Source: an uncultured Gammaproteobacteria bacterium
GTDB taxonomy: Bacteria; Patescibacteriota; Microgenomatia; UBA12405
Assembly (NCBI GenBank): GCA_964503465.1
Contig: CAZCYZ010000001.1
Coordinates: 17,583-81,582, forward strand
DNA length: 64,000 nucleotides
Reading direction: 5' to 3'
The notes below the pieces were generated by a model that was given only the letters and a program-made list of their open reading frames with translations, was not told the DNA's origin and did no database searches. Every line of letters begins with the position of its first letter. Within the stretch, counting starts at the first letter, position 1. The position numbers were made by a program, and so were the translations under genes. This document shows positions 16,942 through 28,012 of this stretch, piece after piece.

Positions 16942-18117
16942 ATGCTACAATTTCACTACATGCCTTCTACTTTTAGTTCTATTCGATCCATTGACAATAC
17001 TCGTCGTCAGGCCCCATTTATCACCATCCTTCTTGTGGCTTTGTTAATTGTCATCGCAATCTGGTTTTTCCGTGGTGGCAGTTTCCGTCTTTACGCTAGT
17101 GCTTTTTTTGGTCTTTACTTTATTACTCGTCAGGTTTGGGTTTCTGTTTTGCTCATCGGCATTTTGCAAAACATTATTTTTCTTCCTCTTCGCTTTATCG
17201 GTCTCAAACTTTCTACCTCACTCAAACAATTCGAAGATGAACTCGAGAATGTCAAAAGTGAAAGCCAGCAATATTTTCTCTTCACTCAAAAAGTTCGCCG
17301 TGGTGACCCAGCTATTGTCTTTTTTATTTTCAACTTTGTTGTTAATGCTATTGCTTTTTTTTCGGCCGGTCGTATCTTCTTAATCGATTTTTATTCCCAA
17401 GAACTTGATTCCAGTTATCTTTACAGTTTTATTCCTTACCCCCAATATCCCCTACAAGGAACCAACTTTTATTTTCCATTTTTTAAAATCACTAACACTG
17501 TTTCTCTACCCTGGTCCAAAATTCTTCTTATCTGGTTAGTTATCAGTCTTGGCTTTGCTATCCCTAAATTTCTTTGGCGCTTTGTTAAACCACTATTGTG
17601 GAGGAATCAACAAGTCTTAGGGGCCCGCATTAACTATAATCGTCTTTTGTTAATCACCGGCGGTTTCAGTGGCACTGTTTTTGTCCTCTCACTTTTCCTG
17701 CTTCGTCATATCCCTGTCGGATTTGAGGGTTGGCTTCTTATGGCTGATCTTACCCGTCAAAACACTACTATGAATTTCATTACTGCCATTGGTACCTTCA
17801 TCACCACTCTCCATGCCGGTTACACCCACAGTTCTTTAGTTGCCTCAGAAGCTCGCCACAGTGCTATACCCGAAAACATCATTTCCCGTGTCTTTCGCAG
17901 TCAAATGCGTCAATCTTTCAAAAATGCTCTTATTTTAGGTATTGGTGCTTTCTTGGTTACTAACCACATTCCTTGTGCCTTCGAGCTTTCTGTTGCCACT
18001 TTCGAGGTCCTCTATATTCTTTCTCCCTACACCTTCAACCGTCTTCTCCCCAAACCCGCTCCGGTAGTTACCGCCACCGAGACCGAATCAAATATTTCCA
18101 CCAAAAAAACCGACTAA
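16942..18117 (+). CDS. Polytopic integral membrane protein (start uncertain)
   Basis: More than 8 predicted TM helices. Divergent from the ATPase cluster with only a ~20-bp spacer. No motif recognised. Confidence 0.4.
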   Translation: MLQFHYMPSTFSSIRSIDNTRRQAPFITILLVALLIVIAIWFFRGGSFRLYASAFFGLYFITRQVWVSVLLIGILQNIIFLPLRFIGLKLSTSLKQFEDELENVKSESQQYFLFTQKVRRGDPAIVFFIFNFVVNAIAFFSAGRIFLIDFYSQELDSSYLYSFIPYPQYPLQGTNFYFPFFKITNTVSLPWSKILLIWLVISLGFAIPKFLWRFVKPLLWRNQQVLGARINYNRLLLITGGFSGTVFVLSLFLLRHIPVGFEGWLLMADLTRQNTTMNFITAIGTFITTLHAGYTHSSLVASEARHSAIPENIISRVFRSQMRQSFKNALILGIGAFLVTNHIPCAFELSVATFEVLYILSPYTFNRLLPKPAPVVTATETESNISTKKTD

Positions 18118-18123
18118 ACCACC

Positions 18124-19194
18124 ATGACACATCAAGATTTTGTTCAAATACTCAAAGATTATCGATCCTTGGTTTGGCCCATTATTGATAAGGCCTTGCC
18201 AACAATTATTGATTTTGATCCGTTTTGTCGTCCCAGCCCCAAATATCAGCCCCTTATCGATTACCACGCCAAGATGATTGAAGTTTATCCACAACGAATG
18301 GGAAAATATTTCCGTCCCGGAATGGTCATCCTTACCGGGGAAGCTATGGGTGCCCCCCGCCATCTATTGTTAAACACCGCCGCCGCACAACAATTATCCG
18401 AAGAATGGATTCTGATTCACGATGATGTTGAGGACGATTCTCGGGAACGTCGTGGCGACAAGGCCCTTCATCATCTCTATTCCAAAGAGTTGGCCATCAA
18501 CATTGGTGATGCCATTCATGTCCTTATGTGGACCACCCTGCAACAGAATCGCCATATTCTTGGTATCGATAAAACCTTTGCCATTATGGATGAATTTACT
18601 CGCATGCTCAATCGCACCGTTTTTGGTCAAACTACCGAAATCAAATGGACCCAAGAAAACAAAAAAGACCTTTCCGACGAGGACATCCTCCTTATTCTTG
18701 AGGGTAAAACTGGTTATTACACTGTTGCCGGACCCATGCGGGAAGGCGCCATTATTGCCGGCGCAACCCCCCAGCAGTTAGAAAAAATTTATTACTTTGG
18801 CAAGCTCACTGGTTATTTATTCCAAATAAAGGACGATCTTCTTGATCTTACTTCCGATTTTCAAGGACTCAAAAAACAAATTGGTAACGACATTTTTGAA
18901 GGTAAACGAACTATTATGTTAGCTCACCTTCTTTGTCATGTTTCCGGGCCAGACCAAATCAAGCTCGATACTATTCTAGCCAAAAGTCGCTATCAAAAAA
19001 CTCAAGACGAAGTTGACTGGGTTATTTCGATTATGGACAAGTATGGCAGCCTGGCTCACGCCAACGAACTTATGCACCGGTTTGCTTCTGAAGCTAATGA
19101 TTATTTTACCAAAGAAATGAGCTTTCTTTCTCATCAACCAGCCAGAGGTTATCTTGAATTTTTACCCGAGTTTCTTCTCCATCGCGATCACTAA
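18124..19194 (+). CDS. Polyprenyl diphosphate synthase (IspA/GGPPS family)
   Basis: Two aspartate-rich motifs: LIHDDVEDD and FQIKDDLLD. Confidence 0.8.
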   Translation: MTHQDFVQILKDYRSLVWPIIDKALPTIIDFDPFCRPSPKYQPLIDYHAKMIEVYPQRMGKYFRPGMVILTGEAMGAPRHLLLNTAAAQQLSEEWILIHDDVEDDSRERRGDKALHHLYSKELAINIGDAIHVLMWTTLQQNRHILGIDKTFAIMDEFTRMLNRTVFGQTTEIKWTQENKKDLSDEDILLILEGKTGYYTVAGPMREGAIIAGATPQQLEKIYYFGKLTGYLFQIKDDLLDLTSDFQGLKKQIGNDIFEGKRTIMLAHLLCHVSGPDQIKLDTILAKSRYQKTQDEVDWVISIMDKYGSLAHANELMHRFASEANDYFTKEMSFLSHQPARGYLEFLPEFLLHRDH

Positions 19195-19907
19195 ATCAAC
19201 TCCCAAAAGTTAGCACAAATAGTCTTGATTTTCCCCAGCTCAACCTTGTTTGCTTTAAGTATTCTTACTTCCTCCTCCGCTTCCTTTTTGGCTAGTTCAA
19301 TTGATCTCATTTTATAGTTTATTTTCCCTTCTATTTCTCCCCTAACTGCCCCAATTAATTCCTGGTTAGTTTGCAAATAAGCCTCAACTCCACCTTTAAC
19401 ATCAATTTCGCTTTTCAGAAAGACTCTCCAAGCTTTTACTTGATAAGCCGAAAAATCACGTATTGTCTCCACAAAGCTTCCATACGTTCCGCCGCAAGCC
19501 CAAGAATAAGCCACTGCCCTTTGAAAACTCATTTCACTCTTGTCTGCCAACGACAATATTTCCATTAATGTGTTACCCTTACCCTCTAGAATTTTTTCAT
19601 CATGATTCTCAATTACCTCTACTATTTCTTCAGTTTTTTCAACCAGTTCAGTTTTAGCCAACAACCCCCTGGCAATCATCGCCGCTGTTGTTTCATGTTC
19701 TTCCTGTCCGCCACCTTTAGCCGGTCGATATATATCATGTAGCATTCCCGTTGCCCAAGCCAACATCGGATCAAAATTGTGCCCCCTCGCCACCTCTTCA
19801 CACTTCTTGGCTACTTTCCACAAGTGTCCATATGCGTGTCCCAATGTCGGCGGATTATCAATTAAATAGGTAATTACCAAATTATTTAATCCCAATTTCA
19901 AGTCCAT
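19191..19907 (-). CDS. HD-domain phosphohydrolase
   Basis: GHAYGHLWKV...GMLHDI contains the H...HD motif. Confidence 0.55.
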   Translation of the reverse strand: MDLKLGLNNLVITYLIDNPPTLGHAYGHLWKVAKKCEEVARGHNFDPMLAWATGMLHDIYRPAKGGGQEEHETTAAMIARGLLAKTELVEKTEEIVEVIENHDEKILEGKGNTLMEILSLADKSEMSFQRAVAYSWACGGTYGSFVETIRDFSAYQVKAWRVFLKSEIDVKGGVEAYLQTNQELIGAVRGEIEGKINYKMRSIELAKKEAEEEVRILKANKVELGKIKTICANFWELI

Positions 19908-19924
19908 ATCTGTTAAATTATACT

Positions 19925-21115
19925 ATGTCCCTGCTCTATCTTTTCTCCCCGATGATTTTTTTCTGGGCCCTGTTTGATGGCATTATTTCTTTTATCACCC
20001 CCATCTTTATTACCGATGTCGGTTTCACCAATACCGAAATGGGTTTAATTATCGCCTTTTCCTCTGTCGCTGGTGCCATCTTTGACTTTATTCTAACCAA
20101 AGTTATTCCCACCACCCACTACCGCCGTCTTTTCATCTTTGTCTTCATTCTCTGCTTCTTTCACCCATTTGTTCTCTTTTTTGCCAAATCCGCCCTAGTT
20201 TTTCTTTTTGCCATGGCTATTTGGGGACTTTATTATGATCTTGATAGTTTTGCCCAGTTCGATTTTATTGCCCGCCATTCCCGTCCAAACGAACATTGCA
20301 AGAACTCTGGTATTGTTACTGTTTTCAAATCCCTTGGCTATTTGCTTGCCCCGGTTTTAGCCGGTTTAGTGGTTACTACTCATCGCACCTTCAACCCTTT
20401 GGCTTTCGCCCTCCTCTACCTATTCGTTGCTTTCCTTTTCTTTGTTGTTCTCTACCGTCTTACCGCCTCTGCCTCGCATCTTCAACCCATTACCCATCAC
20501 CGTCGCCCCAACATTTTTGCCGAACTTGGCCTATGGCGACGTGTTGGTATTATCCTTTTACCAGTCCTTTTGTTTAACACTGGCACCTACATCTTTGAAG
20601 CTACTTTCTGGACTATTGGCCCACTATTTGCTGGTAACTTTACCGAGTTTTCCGACTTTTCTGGTATCTTCATGATGCTCTATGGTTTACCGCCATTGTT
20701 AACTGGTTGGTTTGTCGAGAATTTTACTTCTCGTTTTGGCAAAAAACGTACTGCCTACATTTCTTTCCTCTTGGGTAATTTTTTTCTTATCCCCTTTGCT
20801 TTTGTTAATTCTCCCTACATTATTCTTGTCCTTGTCTTTCTGTCTTCTGTCGTTAACTCGTTTGCTTGGCCAGCCATCAAGGGAGCTTATGTTGACTACA
20901 TCAACGAATCCCACCAATATGAAAACGAAATTGTTGGTCTTAACGATTTTTCTACCAATATCGGTTATGTTATTGGTCCTATCATGGCTGGTTTCCTCTC
21001 TGATCGTATCGGCATCGGTGGTAGTTTCGCCGCCATCGGCCTTTTCAACATTGGCCTAGTCATTTTCCTTTTTGGTTTTACCCCTCGTCATATTAATATC
21101 AACTTAACCAATTGA
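19925..21115 (+). CDS. MFS-like membrane transporter
   Basis: About 12 TM helices with MFS-like topology. Confidence 0.45.
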   Translation: MSLLYLFSPMIFFWALFDGIISFITPIFITDVGFTNTEMGLIIAFSSVAGAIFDFILTKVIPTTHYRRLFIFVFILCFFHPFVLFFAKSALVFLFAMAIWGLYYDLDSFAQFDFIARHSRPNEHCKNSGIVTVFKSLGYLLAPVLAGLVVTTHRTFNPLAFALLYLFVAFLFFVVLYRLTASASHLQPITHHRRPNIFAELGLWRRVGIILLPVLLFNTGTYIFEATFWTIGPLFAGNFTEFSDFSGIFMMLYGLPPLLTGWFVENFTSRFGKKRTAYISFLLGNFFLIPFAFVNSPYIILVLVFLSSVVNSFAWPAIKGAYVDYINESHQYENEIVGLNDFSTNIGYVIGPIMAGFLSDRIGIGGSFAAIGLFNIGLVIFLFGFTPRHININLTN

Positions 21116-22191
21116 CCGTCAAACTAACCAAAGCTATTCTTCTTCAACTTTCTGGTATTCTTGGAGCCGGAATTTTTGTTCTTCCTCATGTTTTCCAGCA
21201 ATCAAATTTTAATTTTGCCATTCTTGGCCTTGTTCTCGTTACTCTTCTCATTTCCCAAATCAATCTTTTCTATTCTGATATTATTAACAATACTCCCGGT
21301 GACCATCAACTTTCCGGTTATGCTCACATTTACCTTGGTTCCGTCTGCAAATTTATCACCCTGATTAATTTTCTTCTTTTAGAAATCGGTTCTCTGGTCG
21401 CTTATATTATTCTCTTTTCCCAGTTTTTAACTCATCTGTTCCCGTCTCTCTCGTTTTTGCAGTCTTCGACTATTTTTTTTACTATGGCTATTATCTTTCA
21501 TCTAAATCGCCTCAAGTTTTTTGGTCGCTATTACCAAATCATTCCCATTTCCGCTGCTATCATTATCTTTATTCTTCTCACCTCCGCTCTTTCCCTTCCC
21601 AAATTACCAGCTACGATTTATCATCCACCATCCTTTTTGTTTTTTGGCTCATTAGTTTTTGCCCTAACTGGTTTTACCATCATTCCCGAAGTCGAAGAAA
21701 TTCTTCGTCCTCATAAAAAATATCTCAAAATTGTTTCTTTGGTTGGTTTGTCTCTCGCGGCCATTTTTTACCTTCTTTTTTCCTATGCTGTTAGCAAACT
21801 TTCCTTTCCCCATATTTCCGCCGACGCTGTCACTGGTCTTGGCATCAATTTCCCCATTTTGGCCTCTCTTCTTTCCCTACTTGGTCTTTTTCTCGTTTTT
21901 CAAGCCTCGCTTAACCTGCTTTTAGTTTTTAAGGAAACTTTCTATCGTGATTTTAATCTTTCTCTTCAGTCATCCTATTTAGTTTCTATTCTTATTTTCC
22001 TTGGTTGTTTTCTTCTTCACCAAATTTCTTTGGTTACCATCATCTCACTTACCGGTTCGGTTACTCTCTTCGTCTCCGCTCTTATTATCTGTCTTATCCG
22101 CCTCCGCATCAGCCACACACCTCAAATTATTTTTCGCACTCTTCTTGTTCTTGTCGTCTTCCTCATCGGCCTTATTTCCGAATTTTTCTAA
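21112..22191 (+). CDS. Amino acid permease-like membrane protein (APC superfamily)
   Basis: Polytopic. N-terminal LQLSGILGAGIFVLP resembles the APC consensus. Confidence 0.45.
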   Translation: MTVKLTKAILLQLSGILGAGIFVLPHVFQQSNFNFAILGLVLVTLLISQINLFYSDIINNTPGDHQLSGYAHIYLGSVCKFITLINFLLLEIGSLVAYIILFSQFLTHLFPSLSFLQSSTIFFTMAIIFHLNRLKFFGRYYQIIPISAAIIIFILLTSALSLPKLPATIYHPPSFLFFGSLVFALTGFTIIPEVEEILRPHKKYLKIVSLVGLSLAAIFYLLFSYAVSKLSFPHISADAVTGLGINFPILASLLSLLGLFLVFQASLNLLLVFKETFYRDFNLSLQSSYLVSILIFLGCFLLHQISLVTIISLTGSVTLFVSALIICLIRLRISHTPQIIFRTLLVLVVFLIGLISEFF

Positions 22192-22219
22192 GAATAGTAT
22201 CGAAATTTTTGTATAATCA

Positions 22220-22543
22220 GTGAACATGACAAAAACTACTCGAGGAATTTTGTTCGGTGCTCTAGCCGGTCTTATCGACCTGATTCCTATGATTCTTCAA
22301 GGTCTCACCCTCGATGCTGATTTGTCGGCATTTTCTCTGTGGGTCATCTCAGGTTTTTTAATTGCCACCACTAATCTTCCACTTAAAGGTCCAGTCAAGG
22401 GGGTAGCTATTTCTTTTTTAGTCCTTATCCCGTCAGCTGTACTTATTGGTTGGCAAGAACCATTCTCTCTTCTGCCCATCACTATCATGACTCTAATTCT
22501 TGGTTCGATTCTTGGATACCTAGTGGATAGAAATAACGTTTAG
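22220..22543 (+). CDS. Small membrane protein
   Basis: 107 aa with 3 predicted TM helices. Confidence 0.3.
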   Translation: MNMTKTTRGILFGALAGLIDLIPMILQGLTLDADLSAFSLWVISGFLIATTNLPLKGPVKGVAISFLVLIPSAVLIGWQEPFSLLPITIMTLILGSILGYLVDRNNV

Positions 22544-23568
22544 ATTTTCCCGTATCTCTTTAGCCCTATCTTAATTATCTTTCCAATTATTTCATCATAG
22601 TTTATTCCCGCAGCCATTGCCGATACTACTAGTTTTGACTCATCAGGCGGTGGCAACAGTCCTACCGGGCAATTAATTTCCAGTACATACAATTTTCCCT
22701 CCAGATCCATTCTCATATCAACTCTACTCCAATCTCGACATTCAATTGTTTTAAAAGCCATTTTCGCCAGCATTTCAATCACTTCTTTTAATTGACCATC
22801 CACTACTGCTGGACAAATAGTCGAATCAACTCTATTAGGATTGTTTGGCATATCGTGTATCCATTTCACTTCGTAGCTGTCAATCTTCTCCATTTCCGCT
22901 GGTAGCCCGCTAAAGTCAGATTCGACAATTGGTAACACTTCCAAATCATTCCCATTCCCCAATACTGGTACGGTAAACTCTCGTCCTTCCAAAAATCTTT
23001 CCACTAACGCCGGCTCCTTAAATTTACTAATACTTTCTCTTACCCTTTCTCTTAGTTCGTTTTCATTTCTCACCACCGAATTATTTCTTATCCCAGCACT
23101 CGATCCCTGTCCGTTGGCTTTAACAATTAGTGGGAACGTTAAATCGTCATTTAATCTCTCATTTTCGTCCTCAAACACCTGCCACCCTGGAGTTGGTATT
23201 TTGTAGTAATGCCAGATTTCTTTGGTTCGGTATTTGTTCAAAATCAGTGCCGCCGACATTGGTGACGGTCCCGAATAGGGGATTTTCAATATCTCGGCTA
23301 TCATTGGCACGTGAGCCTCTCTATCAGCACTATCGGTTATCGCCTCGGCAAAATTAAAAATAAAATCAATCGAGCTTCTTTCACTTCTTAATTTTTGATA
23401 CAAATCCTCATTAGCCTCCAGTGGTAACACTTCAAAGTCGTTTTTTCTAATCGCATTTGTTATCGCCTCAATCGTTTTCGGAGTATCAAATTCTGCCTGA
23501 AATTCCGCCTCCGGTTGGTTGAAATCTACCCTATTCTGTTTGAGATTGTAAACAAATGCAATTTTCAT
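22540..23568 (-). CDS. ATP-grasp enzyme (D-alanine--D-alanine ligase-like)
   Basis: MKIAFVYNLK N-terminal domain, and an ATP-grasp core LIVKANGQGSSAGI...ALVERFLEGREFTV...LEINCPVGL. Confidence 0.6.
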   Translation of the reverse strand: MKIAFVYNLKQNRVDFNQPEAEFQAEFDTPKTIEAITNAIRKNDFEVLPLEANEDLYQKLRSERSSIDFIFNFAEAITDSADREAHVPMIAEILKIPYSGPSPMSAALILNKYRTKEIWHYYKIPTPGWQVFEDENERLNDDLTFPLIVKANGQGSSAGIRNNSVVRNENELRERVRESISKFKEPALVERFLEGREFTVPVLGNGNDLEVLPIVESDFSGLPAEMEKIDSYEVKWIHDMPNNPNRVDSTICPAVVDGQLKEVIEMLAKMAFKTIECRDWSRVDMRMDLEGKLYVLEINCPVGLLPPPDESKLVVSAMAAGINYDEIIGKIIKIGLKRYGKI

Positions 23569-23600
23569 AATTCAGTATAGCCCATTCATCATTTATTTAG

Positions 23601-23652
23601 TCCCTCCTTTTCTCCCCCTGCCCTGTCAAGGGAAGGGTCGGGGAAGGGTTTG
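23601..23652. repeat. Dispersed repeat, copy 4 (intergenic, upstream of dnaG)
   Basis: tccctccttttctccccctgccctgtcaagggaagggtcggggaagggtttg. It shares the tccctccttttctc block with copy 1 and the ccctgtcaagggaa block with copies 2 and 3. Confidence 0.6.
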
Positions 23653-23668
23653 ATGTTAAAATTACCCA

Positions 23669-25447
23669 GTGTCGACCCAGGTTGAAGAAATCAAACAAAA
23701 GCTTGACATTGTTAATATTATTTCCCGTTATGTTCCAATCAAAAAACGTGGTCGCCATTTTGTGGCTCCCTGTCCTTTCCACTCCGAAAAAACTCCTTCT
23801 TTTATAGTTTCCCCCGAACTTCAAATTTTTAAATGTTTTGGTTGTGGAAAAGCTGGTGATATTTATAATTTTATTCAAGAATTCGAACGGGTTGATTTTG
23901 GTGAAGCCCTAGAAATTTTGGCCAAAGAAGCTGGTATTACTCTTGAACGTAGTTCTCAATCTTCCCCCGAAGTCTCCCGCCGCAAACGTCTTCTCGACCT
24001 CCACTCTCAGGTTCAAAAATTCTATCACTATCTGCTAACGTCCCACCCCTTGGGTAAACCTGCTCTTGAATACGTTCTCAAACGGGATATTACTTTGTCG
24101 ACTATCAAACTATTTGGTATCGGTTTTTCTCCCGCTAATTCCTCTCTTCTGGTCAATCATCTTCTCAAAAAAGGTTTCAAGGATTCTGAACTTATCGTTT
24201 CTGGAATTTTTGGTCGCAGCCAATACCAATCTCGTTTTTATGACCGTTTTTCCGGCCGTCTCACCTTTCCGCTTTCCGACCCTCGTGGTCAAATCCTTGG
24301 TTTTTCTGGTCGTCTTCTTCCCGGAGCTAAAAGTGATTTAGCCAAATACATCAATTCCCCCGAAACCGATCTTTATCACAAAAGTCAAATAGTTTTTGGC
24401 CTTCATCTGGCTAGGGAATCAATTAGACTTGCCGGCAAAGTAGTTGTCACCGAGGGGGAGTTTGACATGATCGCCCCCTTTCAGGCCGGTATTACTAATA
24501 TTGTCGCCCTCAAAGGCACTGCTTTTACTCTCGATCAGCTCCAGCTTCTTCGTCGTTACACTAACACTTTGGTTTTGGCTCTCGATTCCGATTTTGCTGG
24601 TTCCGCCGCCGCCAAAAGAAGTATCGAGCTAGCCGATTCTCTTGATTTTGATATTCAAGTTTTAGATCTTGGTGGCCGTTACAAAGATCCCGACGAAGCC
24701 GTTCGTGCCGATCCAGATTTTTTTAAAAATCAATTAAATAACCCTTTACCAATCTGGGATTTCTTCATCAATTCTGCCATTAAAAACTATGGCACCGATA
24801 CTGTTACCGGCAAGCGTCAAATATTAAGCGACGTTCTCCCCTCACTTGTCAAAATTACCAATTCCGTTATTCGTTCTGATTATTTTCACAAACTAGCTAG
24901 GTTAATTAATTCTGATTATGACTCGATAGTTCAAGAATCGGCCAAATACTCTCCCAGCCAAACCAAGTCTGCCACCCCAGTTACCACTAAGCCCGTTCCT
25001 GTTTCTCAAGTTGAAAAGCTTGAAGAATATCTCTTAAGTCTTGTTTTGAGCGCCAAAAAACCTCAAGTTTTAGCCAACCGTCTTCGGTCCGATCTCGTAA
25101 ATTTCACTACTACTCGATTCAAAAATCTTGTTGCCCAATTATTGGCTACCGCCAATTTCGACATCGCCACTTTTGGCTCCAACCTTCCTTCCGAGCTCCA
25201 GCCCACTTTTCAGCACCTTTATTTAGCTGGCACCAGTCAGGATTTAGAGTCCAAGGTTCGTCGCCGGGAAATCGCCCAAACCCTGCAACAACTACGGATA
25301 ATTAGTCTCAAAGATCGACTAAACTCACTTGGGGCTCAAATTGCCAACCGCGAATCTGCTGGTCCCGACGTTGATTTTTCCGATCTCGAAACAGAATATA
25401 ATCAACTTCTTTCAAAACTTTCCCAGTTACAATTAGAAAAATACTAG
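23669..25447 (+). CDS. dnaG: DNA primase DnaG
   Basis: CHC2 zinc finger [11 protein letters not shown]...[23 protein letters not shown]...LALDSDFAG. Confidence 0.85.
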   Translation: MSTQVEEIKQKLDIVNIISRYVPIKKRGRHFVAPCPFHSEKTPSFIVSPELQIFKCFGCGKAGDIYNFIQEFERVDFGEALEILAKEAGITLERSSQSSPEVSRRKRLLDLHSQVQKFYHYLLTSHPLGKPALEYVLKRDITLSTIKLFGIGFSPANSSLLVNHLLKKGFKDSELIVSGIFGRSQYQSRFYDRFSGRLTFPLSDPRGQILGFSGRLLPGAKSDLAKYINSPETDLYHKSQIVFGLHLARESIRLAGKVVVTEGEFDMIAPFQAGITNIVALKGTAFTLDQLQLLRRYTNTLVLALDSDFAGSAAAKRSIELADSLDFDIQVLDLGGRYKDPDEAVRADPDFFKNQLNNPLPIWDFFINSAIKNYGTDTVTGKRQILSDVLPSLVKITNSVIRSDYFHKLARLINSDYDSIVQESAKYSPSQTKSATPVTTKPVPVSQVEKLEEYLLSLVLSAKKPQVLANRLRSDLVNFTTTRFKNLVAQLLATANFDIATFGSNLPSELQPTFQHLYLAGTSQDLESKVRRREIAQTLQQLRIISLKDRLNSLGAQIANRESAGPDVDFSDLETEYNQLLSKLSQLQLEKY

Positions 25448-25467
25448 ATTCTACTGTAGAATACACC

Positions 25468-26553
25468 ATGTCTTCCTCCCTCGACTTTACCAAGATTCGC
25501 CAGCATCTGGTTACTCTCGCCAAAAAGCTTCATTATCTTACCCACGACGAAGTTCTTAAATTAGTCCCCGAGCCGGAAAAATATATTGACGATGTTGACA
25601 ATCTTTTTGATTATCTTTTTGACAAGGGTATCGATGTTTTCGATAAAGTTGAGTCTCAAGAGCTCATTATCAGTGCTGGGTCAAAGACCAATAGTGCCGA
25701 TCTCATGGCTCTTCTAAGCCAAAAAAATAGTGTCGACTCTGTTCGGATGTATCTTAAGGAAATTGGCAAAATCGACCTGTTAACTTTTGCCGAAGAAGTT
25801 TCTTTAGCCCAATCAATCGAACGAGGTTCACCTTCAGCCCGCGAGCAACTCATTAACGCCAATCTTCGTTTGGTTGTCTCTATTGCCAAAAAATATATTG
25901 GCCGTGGTCTAACTTTTCTTGATCTAGTCCAGGAAGGTAATCAAGGCCTAATGCGAGCCGTCGAGAAATTTGATTGGAAAAGGGGATTTAAGTTCTCCAC
26001 TTATGCGACCTGGTGGATTCGTCAGGCTATTACTCGAGCTATCGCCGATCAGGCCAAAACCATCCGTATCCCAGTTCACATGGTCGAGACCATCAATAAA
26101 GTCTACAAAGCCACCAGGGCCCTAACTCAGCGTCTTGGTCACGAACCTAGCACCGATCAAATTGCCCAAGAAGTTGGCATCACTATCGATAAGGTTGAGG
26201 AAATTTATCGTATTTCTCAAGATACTACTTCACTAGCTACCCCGGTGGGGGACGACGAAGATTCATTTCTAGGTGATTTTATCGAAGACACCACCCAACC
26301 TTCTCCCTATGATGAGACCAGCAAAGAGCTACTTCGCGAATCAATCGAGGAAGTACTCGGGAGTCTTGACGAACGTGAAGCCAAAGTGCTAGCTCTTCGT
26401 TTTGGACTTCTGGGCGAAACCCCCAAAACTCTTGAAGAAGTTGGCAAAATTTTTAATGTCACTCGTGAACGTATTCGTCAAATCGAAGCCAAGGCTCTTC
26501 GTAAACTCCGTCATCCCAGCCGTCGCAAGAAATTACAAGACTATCTCGAATAA
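25468..26553 (+). CDS. rpoD: RNA polymerase sigma-70 factor RpoD
   Basis: Regions 2-4: [58 protein letters not shown]. Classic dnaG-rpoD gene order. Confidence 0.9.
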   Translation: MSSSLDFTKIRQHLVTLAKKLHYLTHDEVLKLVPEPEKYIDDVDNLFDYLFDKGIDVFDKVESQELIISAGSKTNSADLMALLSQKNSVDSVRMYLKEIGKIDLLTFAEEVSLAQSIERGSPSAREQLINANLRLVVSIAKKYIGRGLTFLDLVQEGNQGLMRAVEKFDWKRGFKFSTYATWWIRQAITRAIADQAKTIRIPVHMVETINKVYKATRALTQRLGHEPSTDQIAQEVGITIDKVEEIYRISQDTTSLATPVGDDEDSFLGDFIEDTTQPSPYDETSKELLRESIEEVLGSLDEREAKVLALRFGLLGETPKTLEEVGKIFNVTRERIRQIEAKALRKLRHPSRRKKLQDYLE

Positions 26554-26973
26554 TTCCCCATTTCCAAATTCCTTTTTCTCCCCGCTTATCACGTAAGTTA
26601 TCATTGCCAGTACTATCTTGTGGCTAATAATTAGTATCGTTTCGCTGTCTTTATGGTCATGTTTCACATCGTCTACAAACCTGGTCACTCTCCTCTTTAC
26701 CCCTTCGAACTTCTCTTTCTTTGTTTTTGGTGCTATCAATTGGCACATATAAATCGACTGACTATCGTCCTTAACCCTCAAGATTTCGTCTAATGTTTGT
26801 TCACATCTATTAGTCGGCGAGCAATAAATCACCCCAATTTGCTTCCTGATTAATTTTTTTGCCGTTTCTACCGCCTGTCCCACCCCCTGGGCCGTTAGGT
26901 TATTTTCTTCAGCCCTTACCTTATAACCTCTGTTTCTGGCACTTTCTCCGTGTCTTACCAATATTAATTTCAT
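26533..26973 (-). CDS. Histidine phosphatase family protein (phosphoglycerate mutase-like)
   Basis: LVRHGES catalytic RHG motif and a conserved His in IISHKIVL. Confidence 0.6.
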   Translation of the reverse strand: MKLILVRHGESARNRGYKVRAEENNLTAQGVGQAVETAKKLIRKQIGVIYCSPTNRCEQTLDEILRVKDDSQSIYMCQLIAPKTKKEKFEGVKRRVTRFVDDVKHDHKDSETILIISHKIVLAMITYVISGEKKEFGNGELFEIVL

Positions 26974-27026
26974 CCCAAATTATACCATTGCCAATTTTGG
27001 TCAGCACGTCTACAATTTGCTTAATT

Positions 27027-27377
27027 ATGAAAATCAAATTCACCGTCCTGTCCGCTCTATTTGTTGTTCTTTGTGCTTTGGTTATAAAGTTTAGTCCTCA
27101 AATCGTCACCGCCACTACCGCTCTGTGGTATGACACTGGTACCAAAATCTATAGTCTATCGGCCAACAAAGTTGGTGTCGGTACTTCCAATCCTACCCAG
27201 CAACTTGAAATCAATGGTGGCGTTCGTCTCAATACTAGTACCGCCAGACCCTCTTGCACCACTTCCGTTCGCGGCACCCTTTGGTTTACTTACGGGGTTG
27301 GTACTTCTAAGGATTCTCTCTATCTTTGCGCTCAAGCCGCCGGAACTACTGTTCCTAGCTGGAAAACTATCTACTAG
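27027..27377 (+). CDS. Small secreted hypothetical protein
   Basis: Signal-peptide-like N-terminus MKIKFTVLSALFVVLCALV. Motif VGVGTSNPTQQLEINGGV, as seen in fibre-like repeat proteins. Confidence 0.35.
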   Translation: MKIKFTVLSALFVVLCALVIKFSPQIVTATTALWYDTGTKIYSLSANKVGVGTSNPTQQLEINGGVRLNTSTARPSCTTSVRGTLWFTYGVGTSKDSLYLCAQAAGTTVPSWKTIY

Positions 27378-27991
27378 CAAGACTGCAGTTCTATTCCTAG
27401 TTTTTTTAATTCCTCACCAAACTGTCCAAAGTTTTCGTACACAAAAGCGTTTATTCCCAACTCCTTTGCTCCGGACAACTTATCTTCGCTGTCATCAGAG
27501 TAAACGATTTCATTCGCTTCACATCCAGATCTTTTTATCAATTCCTCAAAAATTCCTTTTTCTGGTTTTAATACCCCAGTCTCGTAAGAGAAAACTGCCG
27601 TGTCAAAATTACTTAGAAATCTAAATCTTTTGTCCAGCCCATCTACTCTGGCTGGAAAATTATTCGAACAGGCTAATATTCTATAGTTATTGTTTTTTAG
27701 CTTATTTATCATTCCTATCACTTCTTCATTCACCTCATACCCCTCAATTAATAGTTCAACTACTTTTTCCCAATTTCCATCTATTTTCCATTCGCTAATG
27801 GCCCATTTCCAAAACTGTTCGTCACTCCAACGACCAGTTTTGTATAGGCTATTCATCTCCTCACTCTTCAAAAACACTCGTCTTGTCTCATCCTCACCCA
27901 CCCCATATTTTTCACTTAAATTTTTTATAAAATTCTCCTTTCCATTTAGAAAATACACCCCATCCAGGTCAAAGGTTATGGCTTTAATCAT
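27374..27991 (-). CDS. HAD-superfamily hydrolase
   Basis: MIKAITFDLDGV motif I (DxDG), and a later GINAFVYENFGQ region. Confidence 0.65.
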   Translation of the reverse strand: MIKAITFDLDGVYFLNGKENFIKNLSEKYGVGEDETRRVFLKSEEMNSLYKTGRWSDEQFWKWAISEWKIDGNWEKVVELLIEGYEVNEEVIGMINKLKNNNYRILACSNNFPARVDGLDKRFRFLSNFDTAVFSYETGVLKPEKGIFEELIKRSGCEANEIVYSDDSEDKLSGAKELGINAFVYENFGQFGEELKKLGIELQSC

Positions 27992-28012
27992 GGGCTATTC
28001 TACCACTGAGAC

